A DNA stretch of 64,000 bases from Acidimicrobiales bacterium (GTDB lineage Bacteria; Actinomycetota; Acidimicrobiia; Acidimicrobiales; Bog-793), in contig JBEKGS010000004.1 in NCBI GenBank assembly GCA_050012675.1, positions 481-64,480 of the forward strand, in the 5' to 3' direction. The translations under genes and the position numbers were made by a program. Positions 54,030 to 63,221 of this stretch are shown here, in pieces. Position 1 is the stretch's first letter; each line of letters begins with the position of its first letter. The notes beneath the pieces are model-generated. The model searched no databases, was not told the DNA's origin, and was given only the letters and a program-made list of their open reading frames with translations.

Positions 54030-55247
54030 ATGCGAGTACTCGTGGTAGGAGCCGGTGGAGTTGGAAGTGCCTTTGCCCATATAGCGGCGCGACGGGGCAG
54101 CTTCGAGAAGGTCGTGATGGCCGACTACGACACTGAGCGCGCGAAGAAGGCGGCGTCTGTCTCGGACCGCTTTTCGGGCTTCAAGCTCGACGCCTCCGAC
54201 GAGTCGGCGATCACCGAGCTCATCCGGGCGGAGAACTGCGACGTGGTCCTCAACGCCGTCGACCCGCGCTTTGTCATGCCGATCTACCGCGCGGCTCTTG
54301 CCGCGGGAGTCAACTACATGGACATGGCCATGTCCCTCTCGCACCCGAACGCCGAGGAGCCCTACTCCAAGACTGGGGTGAAGCTCGGAGACGAGCAGTT
54401 CGAGCTCGCCCCGAGGTGGGAGGAGCGCGGTCTGCTCGCCCTTGCCGGCATGGGAGTCGAGCCGGGGCTGTCCGACGTGTTCGGTCGCTACGCCGTGGAC
54501 AATCTCTTCAGCTCCGTCGACGAGCTCGGCGTGAGGGACGGCGCAAACCTCGTCATCGAGGGTTACGACTTCTGTCCGAGCTTCTCGATCTGGACGACGA
54601 TCGAGGAGTGCTTGAACCCTCCCGTCATCTGGGAAAAGGGACGGGGATGGTTCACCACCGAGCCGTTCAGCGAGCCGGAGACGTTCGTCTTTCCCGCCGG
54701 CATCGGCCCGGTCGAATGTGTGAACGTGGAACATGAAGAGGTCCTTCTCATGCCGCGTTGGCTGGACGCGAAGCGGGTCACATTCAAGTATGGCCTCGGG
54801 GACGACTTCATCGGCGTACTGAAGACCCTCCACATGCTCGGCCTCGACTCGACCAAGAAGGTCTCGGTTGGCGCCGAGAAGGTCGCGCCTCGCGACGTGG
54901 TCGCGGCATGCCTTCCCGACCCGGCCACGATCGGGCACCTCATGCACGGCGTCACCTGTGCGGGAACCTGGGTGACGGGCACCGGTAAGGACGGCTCTCC
55001 GCGCGAGGTCTACCTGTATCACGCTGTCGACAACGACTGGTGCATGTCGCTGGATGACTCGCAGGCTGTTGTCTGGCAGACCGCCATCAATCCGATAGTG
55101 GCCCTAGAGCTCCTCGACTCGGGAGCTTGGTCGGGCGTCGGGCTGCTCGGTCCGGAGGCACTTGCGGCCGAGCCGTTCCTTGAGCTGTTGAACGACAGCG
55201 GCGCGCCCTGGGGCATGGACGAGAGAACACCCAAGGCAGCTTCGTAA
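54030..55247 (+). CDS. Saccharopine dehydrogenase-family NAD(P) oxidoreductase
   Basis: 'MRVLVVGAGGVGSAFAHIAARR', 'VVLNAVDPRFVMPIYRAALAAGVNYMDMA', 'GMGVEPGLSDVF'. Divergent from gdhA across a 282-bp lower-GC spacer. Confidence 0.8.
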   Translation: MRVLVVGAGGVGSAFAHIAARRGSFEKVVMADYDTERAKKAASVSDRFSGFKLDASDESAITELIRAENCDVVLNAVDPRFVMPIYRAALAAGVNYMDMAMSLSHPNAEEPYSKTGVKLGDEQFELAPRWEERGLLALAGMGVEPGLSDVFGRYAVDNLFSSVDELGVRDGANLVIEGYDFCPSFSIWTTIEECLNPPVIWEKGRGWFTTEPFSEPETFVFPAGIGPVECVNVEHEEVLLMPRWLDAKRVTFKYGLGDDFIGVLKTLHMLGLDSTKKVSVGAEKVAPRDVVAACLPDPATIGHLMHGVTCAGTWVTGTGKDGSPREVYLYHAVDNDWCMSLDDSQAVVWQTAINPIVALELLDSGAWSGVGLLGPEALAAEPFLELLNDSGAPWGMDERTPKAAS

Positions 55248-55568
55248 CGGGCCCATCGGCCCTGAGTCCGGGGGCCACGAGCCGGGGCGGTTTGCCCGGT
55301 GTGGGGGATCTGGGCCTTGTGTTCATCGGCTGACATAGCCTGACCCCAATGTGGGCCGTCCATCGGATGTCAAAGCGCTCCTAAGCATCCGGCGCCCGTC
55401 ACATAGCCATGCGATGCGTAGCATCGCAATGCGGTGCGCCGGAGCCTCGGACGCCTCTGCCCAGGCTCGCCTGCACCCCCGAGGCAAGGTCGGGCGTGCG
55501 ACCGAGTGAGCAGCTCGCGACCAGCCCGTCGGGCAGCCGAAGCGTCATCGACGCACGGACAAAGAAAA

Positions 55569-55600
55569 GCCCGGGCCACGACAACTGTCGTGGCCCGGGT
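55569..55600 (-). terminator. Rho-independent terminator for the minus-strand binding-protein gene
   Basis: A 12-13-bp perfect stem, GCCCGGGCCACGA / TCGTGGCCCGGG(T), with a 6-nt loop. On the minus strand it is followed by 'CTTTTCTTTG'. It lies 45 nt downstream of the stop at 55645. Confidence 0.65.
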
Positions 55601-55644
55601 GCTACCAGCCGTCGGTCCCCTAGAGGGTTACCGCGGCCTGATCG

Positions 55645-57627
55645 TTACTTGACTGCCTTGCAGAAGTACCAGTTTTCGGCAGGCCAGCTGAGCAGAACGT
55701 TCTGGGGGACGACGCCGCAGACGTTCTTGCCGACTTCGCCGAACCCGGCTGCCGGGTTCGGTTGCCAGATGACGGGCAACTGCTGCGCCAGGAAGTTCTG
55801 GTAGGTGTAGAGGGCCGACAACGAGGACGACTTGTTGGTCGCCACGATCAGCTGGTCGGCGGTGGCGTCGGAGTAACCGCCACTGTTGGATCCGGCGCCA
55901 GTGGCGAAGATCTCCTCACCGGTCGGGTAGTAGTCAGGCGAGTAGTCCCATCCACCTCCCCAGTTGGCGATCTCCCAGGGACATGCCTTGCCCGCTGCGC
56001 ACGGCAGTGCAACCCCGATGACGTCGGGGAAGGCCTTGCCCTCGAGCTGCAGCTTGATGCCGGCCTGCTCCCAGCTGGACGCCATCTCTTCGATCTGGGA
56101 GTTAAAGGACACGGCGCCGTTGTAGTAGAGGTAGCTGAAGCTGAGCTGCGCACCCTTGGGGATGTGGGCCCCGCACTCGTCGGCAGCGGTTCCCGGTTTC
56201 GCACAAGTGCTGATGCCGTTCGGTACGACGTTCCAGCCGTGCGAGGTCAGCAGCGCCTTGGCGTGTGACGGGCTGTACGGGTACGGGTTGGCGGTCTCCT
56301 GCGGGGAGGCGAAGTCCGTCGGCGGGAGCACGGGCACCGGACCATAGGTCGGGACACCGTAGCCGGCATCGTAGAGCTGGATCCACAGGGACTGGTTCAT
56401 CAGCGACTGCATCGCCTGGCGGATGTAGAGCTGGTCGAAGATCGGACCTACCGTCGGGTTGGTGAAGTTCAAGGGGAAGTAGTTGACCGTCCAGCCGTAG
56501 ACGGGCGCCAGGGTGTAGTTGGCGGCGAGCTGAGCGTTGTTCGCGCCAGCGAGCGGACCGTTCGGGCCGAAGGCCTTGCCTTTGTAGGTGGGCAGGTCCT
56601 GCGGTGGGACGTAGCCGATGTTGAGGGTCTTGCCGTTCTCGAGCACGTTGAACTCTGCCGAGTCGGTCGTGAACGGAGCCATCACGAGCTTGTCGATCGA
56701 CGGCTTGAGGGGCCCCGAGTAGGACTTGTTCGGTATGAGTGTCGCGCCGCCGTCGGTCGCGTCGTAGGAGGTCAGGCGGAACGGCCCGTCCACGATCTGC
56801 CAGAGCGGGTTGGTGGCGTAGGTCCCGAGGTCGCCTGCTTCGGTCTTGCCCGAGAGGAAGGCGAACACAGCCGCGCAGGCCTTTGCCGACGCCGAGACGT
56901 CAGTGAGCGTGCCGGTGGTCGCAGAGATTGGGGCAACAACTGACGTGTACGCGGCGCTCGAACAGTGACCCGAGCCCGGCTTTGCGCCTGCAGAAGTGAC
57001 GTCCCAGGCGAGCGGCAGAGGCGATATCTGGCTCAAGTCGTTGTAGGTGAACCAGTACGAGCTGTAGGCGGCGTCCAGAGTGATCGTGACCGTGTCGGTG
57101 GCGTTGTCGGCCACGACGTTGGTGACGTTGCCGGGGTACTGGCCCGGTCCGGGTGCGTAACCGGCCCAGGAAGTTGCGTTCGCCTTGACCATGTTCATCC
57201 AGAAGACGACGTCCTGAGCGTCGACGGTTTCACCGTTGGACCACTTATAGCCCTTCATCTTGATGGTGACGGTCCTGCCGTTGTTCGTGTACACCGGTGG
57301 ATAGGCGACCGATAACCCGGTATTGAGGGCGGTGGTGTTGCCGACGCCGAAGTAGTACAAGGGACGGAACAGGTTGTAGATCAGCTGGAAGTTCGAAACG
57401 CTGAAGTACTCGAGTCCCATCATCGGGAAAAGGTAGTTGGGTGCCGCGGCGGCTCCTTCGGCGACCGTCAACGTGCCACCGGGGACCTTGACCATGTGGG
57501 TGACCTGAGCTGCCGGCGCCTTGGACGTGGTCGCGAAACTGGACGCACCAAGGGCTAAGACAAACACGGCGGATACCACCGCCGTTCCCACAACAGCGAG
57601 CTTGGTCAGCTTTCGTTTTCTGATCAT
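55645..57627 (-). CDS. ABC transporter substrate-binding protein, family 5 (peptide/oligosaccharide type), secreted
   Basis: Signal/anchor 'MIRKRKLTKLAVVGTAVVSAVFVLALGASSFA'. The large family-5 body includes 'MKGYKWSNGETVDAQDVVFWMNM'. The AGGAGG upstream supports the ATG at 57627 rather than the TTG at 57654. No permease or ATPase is adjacent. Confidence 0.85.
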   Translation of the reverse strand: MIRKRKLTKLAVVGTAVVSAVFVLALGASSFATTSKAPAAQVTHMVKVPGGTLTVAEGAAAAPNYLFPMMGLEYFSVSNFQLIYNLFRPLYYFGVGNTTALNTGLSVAYPPVYTNNGRTVTIKMKGYKWSNGETVDAQDVVFWMNMVKANATSWAGYAPGPGQYPGNVTNVVADNATDTVTITLDAAYSSYWFTYNDLSQISPLPLAWDVTSAGAKPGSGHCSSAAYTSVVAPISATTGTLTDVSASAKACAAVFAFLSGKTEAGDLGTYATNPLWQIVDGPFRLTSYDATDGGATLIPNKSYSGPLKPSIDKLVMAPFTTDSAEFNVLENGKTLNIGYVPPQDLPTYKGKAFGPNGPLAGANNAQLAANYTLAPVYGWTVNYFPLNFTNPTVGPIFDQLYIRQAMQSLMNQSLWIQLYDAGYGVPTYGPVPVLPPTDFASPQETANPYPYSPSHAKALLTSHGWNVVPNGISTCAKPGTAADECGAHIPKGAQLSFSYLYYNGAVSFNSQIEEMASSWEQAGIKLQLEGKAFPDVIGVALPCAAGKACPWEIANWGGGWDYSPDYYPTGEEIFATGAGSNSGGYSDATADQLIVATNKSSSLSALYTYQNFLAQQLPVIWQPNPAAGFGEVGKNVCGVVPQNVLLSWPAENWYFCKAVK

Positions 57628-57833
57628 GACCGTGTCTGACCTCCTGTAACTCAAACCGCGTTATTGGCTAAATCAATGATACGCACATTACGGGTTAGCC
57701 GGAAGTGACACTCCTGTCGGGACGAGGTGAAAACCTGTAAAAGAGCTATTGGGGCGACCTGTACTGAGGTCAAGGCGGACCTGTATCAGGTCGATCAAGT
57801 GCTGGTCAAACGCGCAAATACGACCGGAAGAGC

Positions 57834-58403
57834 TCATAAGCGTTCGGGAAGGTGCTGCAGCTTCTCAGCCAGCGACTCGCATCGCTGGACGAGGAAGCTC
57901 TGAGTGGCGCCCCCGTGAAGGGTGAGCTCGAGGGAGCCGGCGACAGGGGCTGTTGAGATCGGAGAGAGCCTGACGTTGGCCATCTCACCCCAAGCGATCG
58001 TGAGGGGCGGCCCTTGCGTGGCTCGCCGAGGCGTGAAGGACAGGCCCCGCCCGTCGAGCACGAGTTCGCCGGCCACTGGGCGGTTCCCAACTGCTCCCGG
58101 CAGATTCTCCGCCCGCGCCGGACCTGCATAGATGGGATCACCGGGAAGGGCCTTTAGCCGGTTCTCCTCGAGCCTATGCCACCGCCGATGCAACAGTGGC
58201 ACTTGGGCGGCGGCGATGAGGATCACGACAGAGAGAAAGACGATGGCCGCGATGACGGTCTTGGAAGAACGGTCCAGCCCAACGGCCATTATGAATCCCA
58301 ACGCGGCCACCGCCAAGACACGCGTCATGACGAAACGCCAGAGGCCTTTAGGTGGTACGACTTCGCGAGTGGGGAGCCTTTGCTTTGGTGGCTCTTTGGT
58401 CAC
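57834..58403 (-). CDS. Membrane protein with two N-terminal TMs and a cytoplasmic PH/GRAM-like C-domain, function unknown
   Basis: 'LWRFVMTRVLAVAALGFIMAVGL...VIAAIVFLSVVILIAAAQV', then 'GELVLDGRGLSFTPRR...IAWGEMANVRLSP...LELTLHGGATQSFLV'. Confidence 0.5.
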   Translation of the reverse strand: MTKEPPKQRLPTREVVPPKGLWRFVMTRVLAVAALGFIMAVGLDRSSKTVIAAIVFLSVVILIAAAQVPLLHRRWHRLEENRLKALPGDPIYAGPARAENLPGAVGNRPVAGELVLDGRGLSFTPRRATQGPPLTIAWGEMANVRLSPISTAPVAGSLELTLHGGATQSFLVQRCESLAEKLQHLPERL

Positions 58404-58528
58404 AAGGGCAGGCTAGCTTCGGTTGTGGTGCCAAGCGCATTTCGGAACATCTTGGCTTCAACTCGAAGGGCGCGTCATGACGAACTCGTGCGCCGCCGTC
58501 CTGGTGTCCGCCCGGACGGGGACCAGGC

Positions 58529-59266
58529 TCAGAGTGCGCCGGGCAGGCTTCTGGGCTCGATCCGCTCTTCTACCGCCCGGTCGCCATCCCGGCGCACGAC
58601 ATAGGCACCTTTGCCCCTTATCTCGGTGACCGCTTCGACAAAGTCGGTACCGCGGTATACCAGGCCAACCCCGTCGTCAGAGGCGTACCCGTCGGGTAGT
58701 ACGCCGTCGGCGATGAGCCGCTGGAACAGCGGGCGGCGCTGGGGTTCGGAGTCGTAGTGGACTCCATTGGCGTAGGGGAGCAGACCGAGACCGTTGGTCA
58801 CGGGGCGCAGATCCGGCCCGAAGGAATCGGTCGTGCCGCCGACGTGCCAGCACAGAGAGCCGGCGGACACCCCGGCGAGCACCACGCCCGCGCGCCAAAC
58901 TTCGACAAATATCCGGTCGAGACCGTGAAGCCGCCAGATCGAGAGCAGGTTGGCAACGCTGCCGCCGCCGACCCAAACCACATCCTGGTCGAGCAGGAAG
59001 CCCGCCACGTCCTCGACGTTGGGCATCGGGAACAGGGTCAAGTGCACGACGTCTATCCCTGCCGCATGCCCGGCCTCGTCCCACAGCGCATTCCACGAGC
59101 GCTGATCGCCGTGCGCGGTTCCCACATGGCATAACCGGGGGCGCCGGGAATCCACACCGGCCAGTTCGATGGCGTGAAGGATCAACGGAGCGAACGCGAT
59201 GTCGGTGCGAGACCCGCGCTTAAGTCCACCCGAAGTCGCAAGGATCGTCGGCAGATCGGCAGGCAT
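58529..59266 (-). CDS. Peptidase S51 (dipeptidase E / cyanophycinase-like) family protein
   Basis: 'ILATSGG', 'DVVWVGGGSVANLLSIWRLHGLDRIF', 'GVVLAGVSAGSLCW' (nucleophile Ser in the GxSAG context), 'NGVHYDSE'. Confidence 0.75.
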   Translation of the reverse strand: MPADLPTILATSGGLKRGSRTDIAFAPLILHAIELAGVDSRRPRLCHVGTAHGDQRSWNALWDEAGHAAGIDVVHLTLFPMPNVEDVAGFLLDQDVVWVGGGSVANLLSIWRLHGLDRIFVEVWRAGVVLAGVSAGSLCWHVGGTTDSFGPDLRPVTNGLGLLPYANGVHYDSEPQRRPLFQRLIADGVLPDGYASDDGVGLVYRGTDFVEAVTEIRGKGAYVVRRDGDRAVEERIEPRSLPGAL

Positions 59267-59413
59267 GCCGCGATCGTAACGAGCTGTGGCGCTGTGATGA
59301 CTGCGTCAGTGAACGATGGTCGGCGGAGCTACCCCCGCTGTCCGTGACAGCACCCGGTTGCGTGCGAGCCAACCGGATTTTCTCTCAGGGCCGTCCAGTT
59401 GAGTGCTTGATAC

Positions 59414-61063
59414 TCAATCCTGCCCCGACAGGGCGGCGGTTGATTCCCGACCTTCGTCTAGGGGGGGACGGGCACTCCGGTTCGGCAACACGAAGAGCAC
59501 GATGACTCCTGCCGTGCCGACAACGAACGCTGCCACGGTGACGGAAAGGTCCATGCCGCTCACGAATGACCGCCGCGCGAAGCTGGCGAGCTCTGGGCCC
59601 AGTGCACCGCCGATCTGCTGGCTTACGGCGAGAGCACCGCCGAGTGAGCCGGTGATCAGGTGAAGGACCGACGCTGGCATCTTGTAGTGGGCGAGCACCG
59701 GCGCCAGTCTGTCCTGGTAACGCGTGTTGAGCAGGCTGCCGAGAACACCGACACCCAGGGCTCCACCGGTTTGCAACGAGGCTCCATTGGTCGCCGAGCC
59801 CACGCCGGCCTGGTCGAGCGGCAGGGAACCCATCACTGACTCGGTACAAGGGGCAAACGCGAGACCGGTGCCGAGCCCAAGCACCAAGAACGCGGGGAGC
59901 ACGTCCATGTAGGTGTCGTGGACAGTTACTCGCGTGAGCAGCCCGAAGCCGAGTGCGAGGAGGGCCATCCCTGTGAAGACAACCGGCTTGGTTCCGACAA
60001 TGTGATCAATGACACTCGAGAGAGGAGCGACCACCAGCAGCACGCCGGCGATGGGCGCGATTCGTAGCCCAGTCTCGAAAGCTGTGTAGCCAAGGCTGAA
60101 CTGCAGGTACTGAGTGAGGAGGAACAGCCCTCCCATCAACGCGAACATGACAAGCCCCATGGTTCCTATAGCTGCCGAGAACCGTCGCGACCTGAAGAAG
60201 GAAACCTGGAGCATCGGATGGGAGGACCGGCGTTCCCAGACCATGAACATGGCGAGCACCGCTATGGCGGCGGCTATGGCGCCGAGAATGAGCGGGGATG
60301 TCCACGAGCGGTTCGGTGCTTCGATGATCCCCCACAACAACAGTCCCATGCCCACGATGGACAGGCCGGCACCGATCGGGTCAGGAGGCTTGCTGGCGGA
60401 ATTCTTCGAGTTCGGCACCAGCCAGGTGGTCGCGAGCAACCCCAACAACGCGATGGGGACGTTGACGAGGAAGACCGACCCCCACCAGAAGTGAGCGAGC
60501 AGCCACCCGCCCGCCACCGGTCCTACGGCCACGCCAAGCCCGGTCGTGCCCGACCAGATTCCGATGGCGCGCGCTCGTTCACGAGACTCAGTGAAGGTGT
60601 TCGTGAGAATGGACAGGGTCGAGGGCATTATGGCCGCTCCACCGATCCCCATGAAGGCGCGTGCCGCGATGAGGCGGTCGGCCGTTCCGGAGAAAGCAGA
60701 CACCGCCGAGCCGGCCGCGAAAATGGCCAGTCCAGCCATGAATACCCACTTTCGGCCCAGGCGGTCACCGAGGCTGCCAGCGACGAGAAGCAATCCGGCG
60801 AAGACGATCGCATAGGAGTCGACGATCCACTGCAATGAACTCGACGAGGCGTGGAGGGTACGCACGATGACCGGCAGCGCCACGTTCAAGATCGTGTTGT
60901 CGAGACTCACGATGAGGAGGCTCACGCACAGTACGGCGAGAATGAAGCGACGATCCCGGACGCGGGCCGCCGGCGCCTCAGAGAGCTTCGAGCGGAGGGC
61001 CGAATCTGCTGACTCCGGTCGTGATGTGCCGGGAGGCTCAGGACCGGAGACCGAGGTGCTCAT
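59414..61063 (-). CDS. MFS transporter, DHA2 (EmrB/QacA, 14-TMS) drug:H+ antiporter family
   Basis: 'LDNTILNVALPVIVRTLHASSSSLQWIVDSYAIVFAGLLLVAGSLGDRLGRKW' (DHA2 motifs D2/A), 14 hydrophobic segments. The start is uncertain (61063 or 61114). Confidence 0.85.
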   Translation of the reverse strand: MSTSVSGPEPPGTSRPESADSALRSKLSEAPAARVRDRRFILAVLCVSLLIVSLDNTILNVALPVIVRTLHASSSSLQWIVDSYAIVFAGLLLVAGSLGDRLGRKWVFMAGLAIFAAGSAVSAFSGTADRLIAARAFMGIGGAAIMPSTLSILTNTFTESRERARAIGIWSGTTGLGVAVGPVAGGWLLAHFWWGSVFLVNVPIALLGLLATTWLVPNSKNSASKPPDPIGAGLSIVGMGLLLWGIIEAPNRSWTSPLILGAIAAAIAVLAMFMVWERRSSHPMLQVSFFRSRRFSAAIGTMGLVMFALMGGLFLLTQYLQFSLGYTAFETGLRIAPIAGVLLVVAPLSSVIDHIVGTKPVVFTGMALLALGFGLLTRVTVHDTYMDVLPAFLVLGLGTGLAFAPCTESVMGSLPLDQAGVGSATNGASLQTGGALGVGVLGSLLNTRYQDRLAPVLAHYKMPASVLHLITGSLGGALAVSQQIGGALGPELASFARRSFVSGMDLSVTVAAFVVGTAGVIVLFVLPNRSARPPLDEGRESTAALSGQD

Positions 61064-61454
61064 CGAGCGGCGAACGATCCTTGTTCCGGAGAGGTCCGCG
61101 GGTCGCACCCCCATTTCGTCGCTCTCTTGTCAAGATGATCGGTGCCGCGCATCTGTTTCGGACGGGTAGCTCCTGGCACAGCGGACGTGCTTGACACGGT
61201 TGTCCCTTGCTTGCGGGCTGTGTGCTACGAGAAATGTGCCAGTGCCGCTCCGCGGACTCGGGCACAACACTGTCCACTTTATCCATCTGCACCCGGTCTC
61301 TTCGAAGCGCCCGCCCAGGTAGGCGCTTGTTGCGCGTCGACGCCCGCGCCTCTCAGTAATTGCCTAGGTGCAACTCAGGAAATCCTCAGGTACGCGCGAT
61401 GTACTGAATGCGACCGGTTGAAGGCGCGCTACCGTCCCTGAGGAGGAAAGGGCG

Positions 61455-63077
61455 ATGGACGACGAGCACGAGATCGAGGGGCCTACGGAGGAACCGGTCG
61501 ACGGCGTCGCGTCGCCGCAGCCGGTGAGCCCGAGCGAGCCTGAAGTCATCGCCGCGGAATCTGCAAAGAGCGACCCATTCGCTCCAGGCTGGACGCCTCC
61601 TCCGCCACCTCCCGGCTCCGGCGGCTGGACGCCTCCTCCGCCACCTCCTGGCGCCTGGACGACTCCACCACCGCCTCCCGGCTCCGGCGGCTGGACGCCT
61701 CCTCCGCCACCTCCTCCGTTTGCCGGTGCTGGCGCCTGGACGACTCCACCACCGCCTCCTCCGTTTCCCGGCGCTGCTGGCTGGATGCCCCCTCCTCCTC
61801 CAGCCAGTCCGCCGGGAGGAGCGGGCAGTGGCGCGCACTGGGTCGGCTTCCCGGGGGGCTACTGGGCCGCGTCGTCGGCACCGCCACCCAGGAGTCGTCA
61901 ACCCACGACCGTGTGGTTGGTCGTGGCGCTGCTTGTGATCGGTCTTGCCGCAGGATTCGGCATCGGCCGTGTTGCCTGGCAGTCGACGTCCACGTCTCCG
62001 TCGGGGAGTTCGCCCAGTTCCCCATTCGGCTCCGGGACATCGCCCTTCGGGTCTGGGACGTCTCCGTTCGGCTCCGGGAGCTTCCCGTTCGGCTCCGGCT
62101 CTTCGGGGTCCGTCTCGTCTGCGGCGGGAGGCCCTTCGAACCCGGCAGCGATCGCCTCGCGGGTCGACCCTGCCATCGTGGACGTTGTCAGCCCCCTCAG
62201 CTACGAGGATGAGGAAGCGGCCGGAACCGGGATCGTGCTCACGTCCAACGGTGTCGTGCTCACCAACAATCACGTGATAGACGGCGCCACGAGCATCAAA
62301 GTGACCGATCTCGGAAACAACCAGGTGTACACGGCTGTAGTTCTGGGTTATGACCGTTCTCGTGACATCGCCGTGCTGAAGTTGGACGGGGCATCCGGCC
62401 TCAAGGTCGCGTCGCTCGGTGACTCGTCGACGGTTCGGGTAGGCGAGCCGGTCGTGGGTATCGGCAATGTGGGCGGCCTGGGTGGAACGCCCAGCGTAGC
62501 GGGAGGCTCAGTCACCGCACTCGGCCAGTCGATAACCGCCACCGAACAAGACGGCGGCAATCCGGAGAACCTGACGGGTCTTATCGAGACCAACGCAGAC
62601 ATCCAGGCCGGGGACTCGGGCGGACCGCTCGTCAACACTTCCGGCAAGGTTGTCGGGATGGACACGGCCGCGTCCGCCGGTTTCCTGTTCCAGACGAACG
62701 GCGCCCAGGGCTACGCCATCCCGATCAACTCCGCGTTGGCGATCGCCAAGCGGATCGAGTCCGGTTCAGGCTCGGCGAGCGTGCACATCGGGCACACGGC
62801 GTTCCTCGGCGTGGAGGTGTACTCCACTCAAAGCGGGTCCTCTCCGTCCGGCGCGGTCGTGAACGAAGTTCTGAGTGGCTCTCCGGCCGCATCGGTCGGA
62901 CTGGCCGTGGGTGACGTCATAACTTCGCTCGGTGGCAAAGCGGTCCATTCCGCGCAGGCCCTCACGACATTGATTCAGCTTTACCACCCCGGCGACCACG
63001 TGCAGATCGGCTGGACAGACTCCACAGGCTCCCACCACAGCGCGACCCTGCAGTTCGCCACCGGCCCTGCCGCCTGA
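61455..63077 (+). CDS. Membrane-anchored HtrA/PepD-like S1C serine protease with a PDZ domain and a long Pro-rich repeat N-terminus
   Basis: Catalytic triad contexts: 'TNNHVIDGA', 'RDIAVLKL', 'GDSGGPLV'. PDZ: 'GAVVNEVLSGSPAASVGLAVGDVITSLGG'. TM: 'TVWLVVALLVIGLAAGFGIG'. AGGAGG RBS upstream. Confidence 0.9.
   Translation: MDDEHEIEGPTEEPVDGVASPQPVSPSEPEVIAAESAKSDPFAPGWTPPPPPPGSGGWTPPPPPPGAWTTPPPPPGSGGWTPPPPPPPFAGAGAWTTPPPPPPFPGAAGWMPPPPPASPPGGAGSGAHWVGFPGGYWAASSAPPPRSRQPTTVWLVVALLVIGLAAGFGIGRVAWQSTSTSPSGSSPSSPFGSGTSPFGSGTSPFGSGSFPFGSGSSGSVSSAAGGPSNPAAIASRVDPAIVDVVSPLSYEDEEAAGTGIVLTSNGVVLTNNHVIDGATSIKVTDLGNNQVYTAVVLGYDRSRDIAVLKLDGASGLKVASLGDSSTVRVGEPVVGIGNVGGLGGTPSVAGGSVTALGQSITATEQDGGNPENLTGLIETNADIQAGDSGGPLVNTSGKVVGMDTAASAGFLFQTNGAQGYAIPINSALAIAKRIESGSGSASVHIGHTAFLGVEVYSTQSGSSPSGAVVNEVLSGSPAASVGLAVGDVITSLGGKAVHSAQALTTLIQLYHPGDHVQIGWTDSTGSHHSATLQFATGPAA
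61587..61806 (+). repeat. Imperfect tandem DNA repeat (about 36-60 bp units) encoding 'GWTPPPPPPG(SG)' / 'AWTTPPPPP...' repeats
   Basis: 'GGCTGGACGCCTCCTCCGCCACCTCC' occurs three times and 'GCCTGGACGACTCCACCACCGCCTCC' twice, interleaved. The protein reads GWTPPPPPPGSG-GWTPPPPPPGA-WTTPPPPPGSG-GWTPPPPPPPFAGAGA-WTTPPPPPPFPGAAGWMPPPPP. Confidence 0.8.
62016..62108 (+). repeat. Tandem 21-bp repeat encoding (S/T)(S/F)PFGSG x4
   Basis: Protein 'SSPFGSGTSPFGSGTSPFGSGSFPFGSGSSGS'. The DNA has four successive 'CC(A/C/G)TTCGG(C/G)TC(C/T)GG' units. Confidence 0.7.
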
Positions 63078-63221
63078 GCACGGTTCGATATTTGTTTCGA
63101 GCTGCTCGAGGAGTCGAGCGCGATCCACCTCGGGCTAAGGCGCTCGTCCGGTTGCCCGTGGTCTGCACGCCAACCGGAGAAACGGCCCTCGGCGCTGGAT
63201 CGGCAGGCGGACGAGTTTCGT

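Noticed and set aside
61587-62108. Short tandem repeats, considered as a possible CRISPR-like or intergenic repeat array
   Set aside because: The repeats are in-frame inside the HtrA-like coding sequence, encode Pro-rich and PFGSG peptide repeats, and have no unique spacers of regular length.
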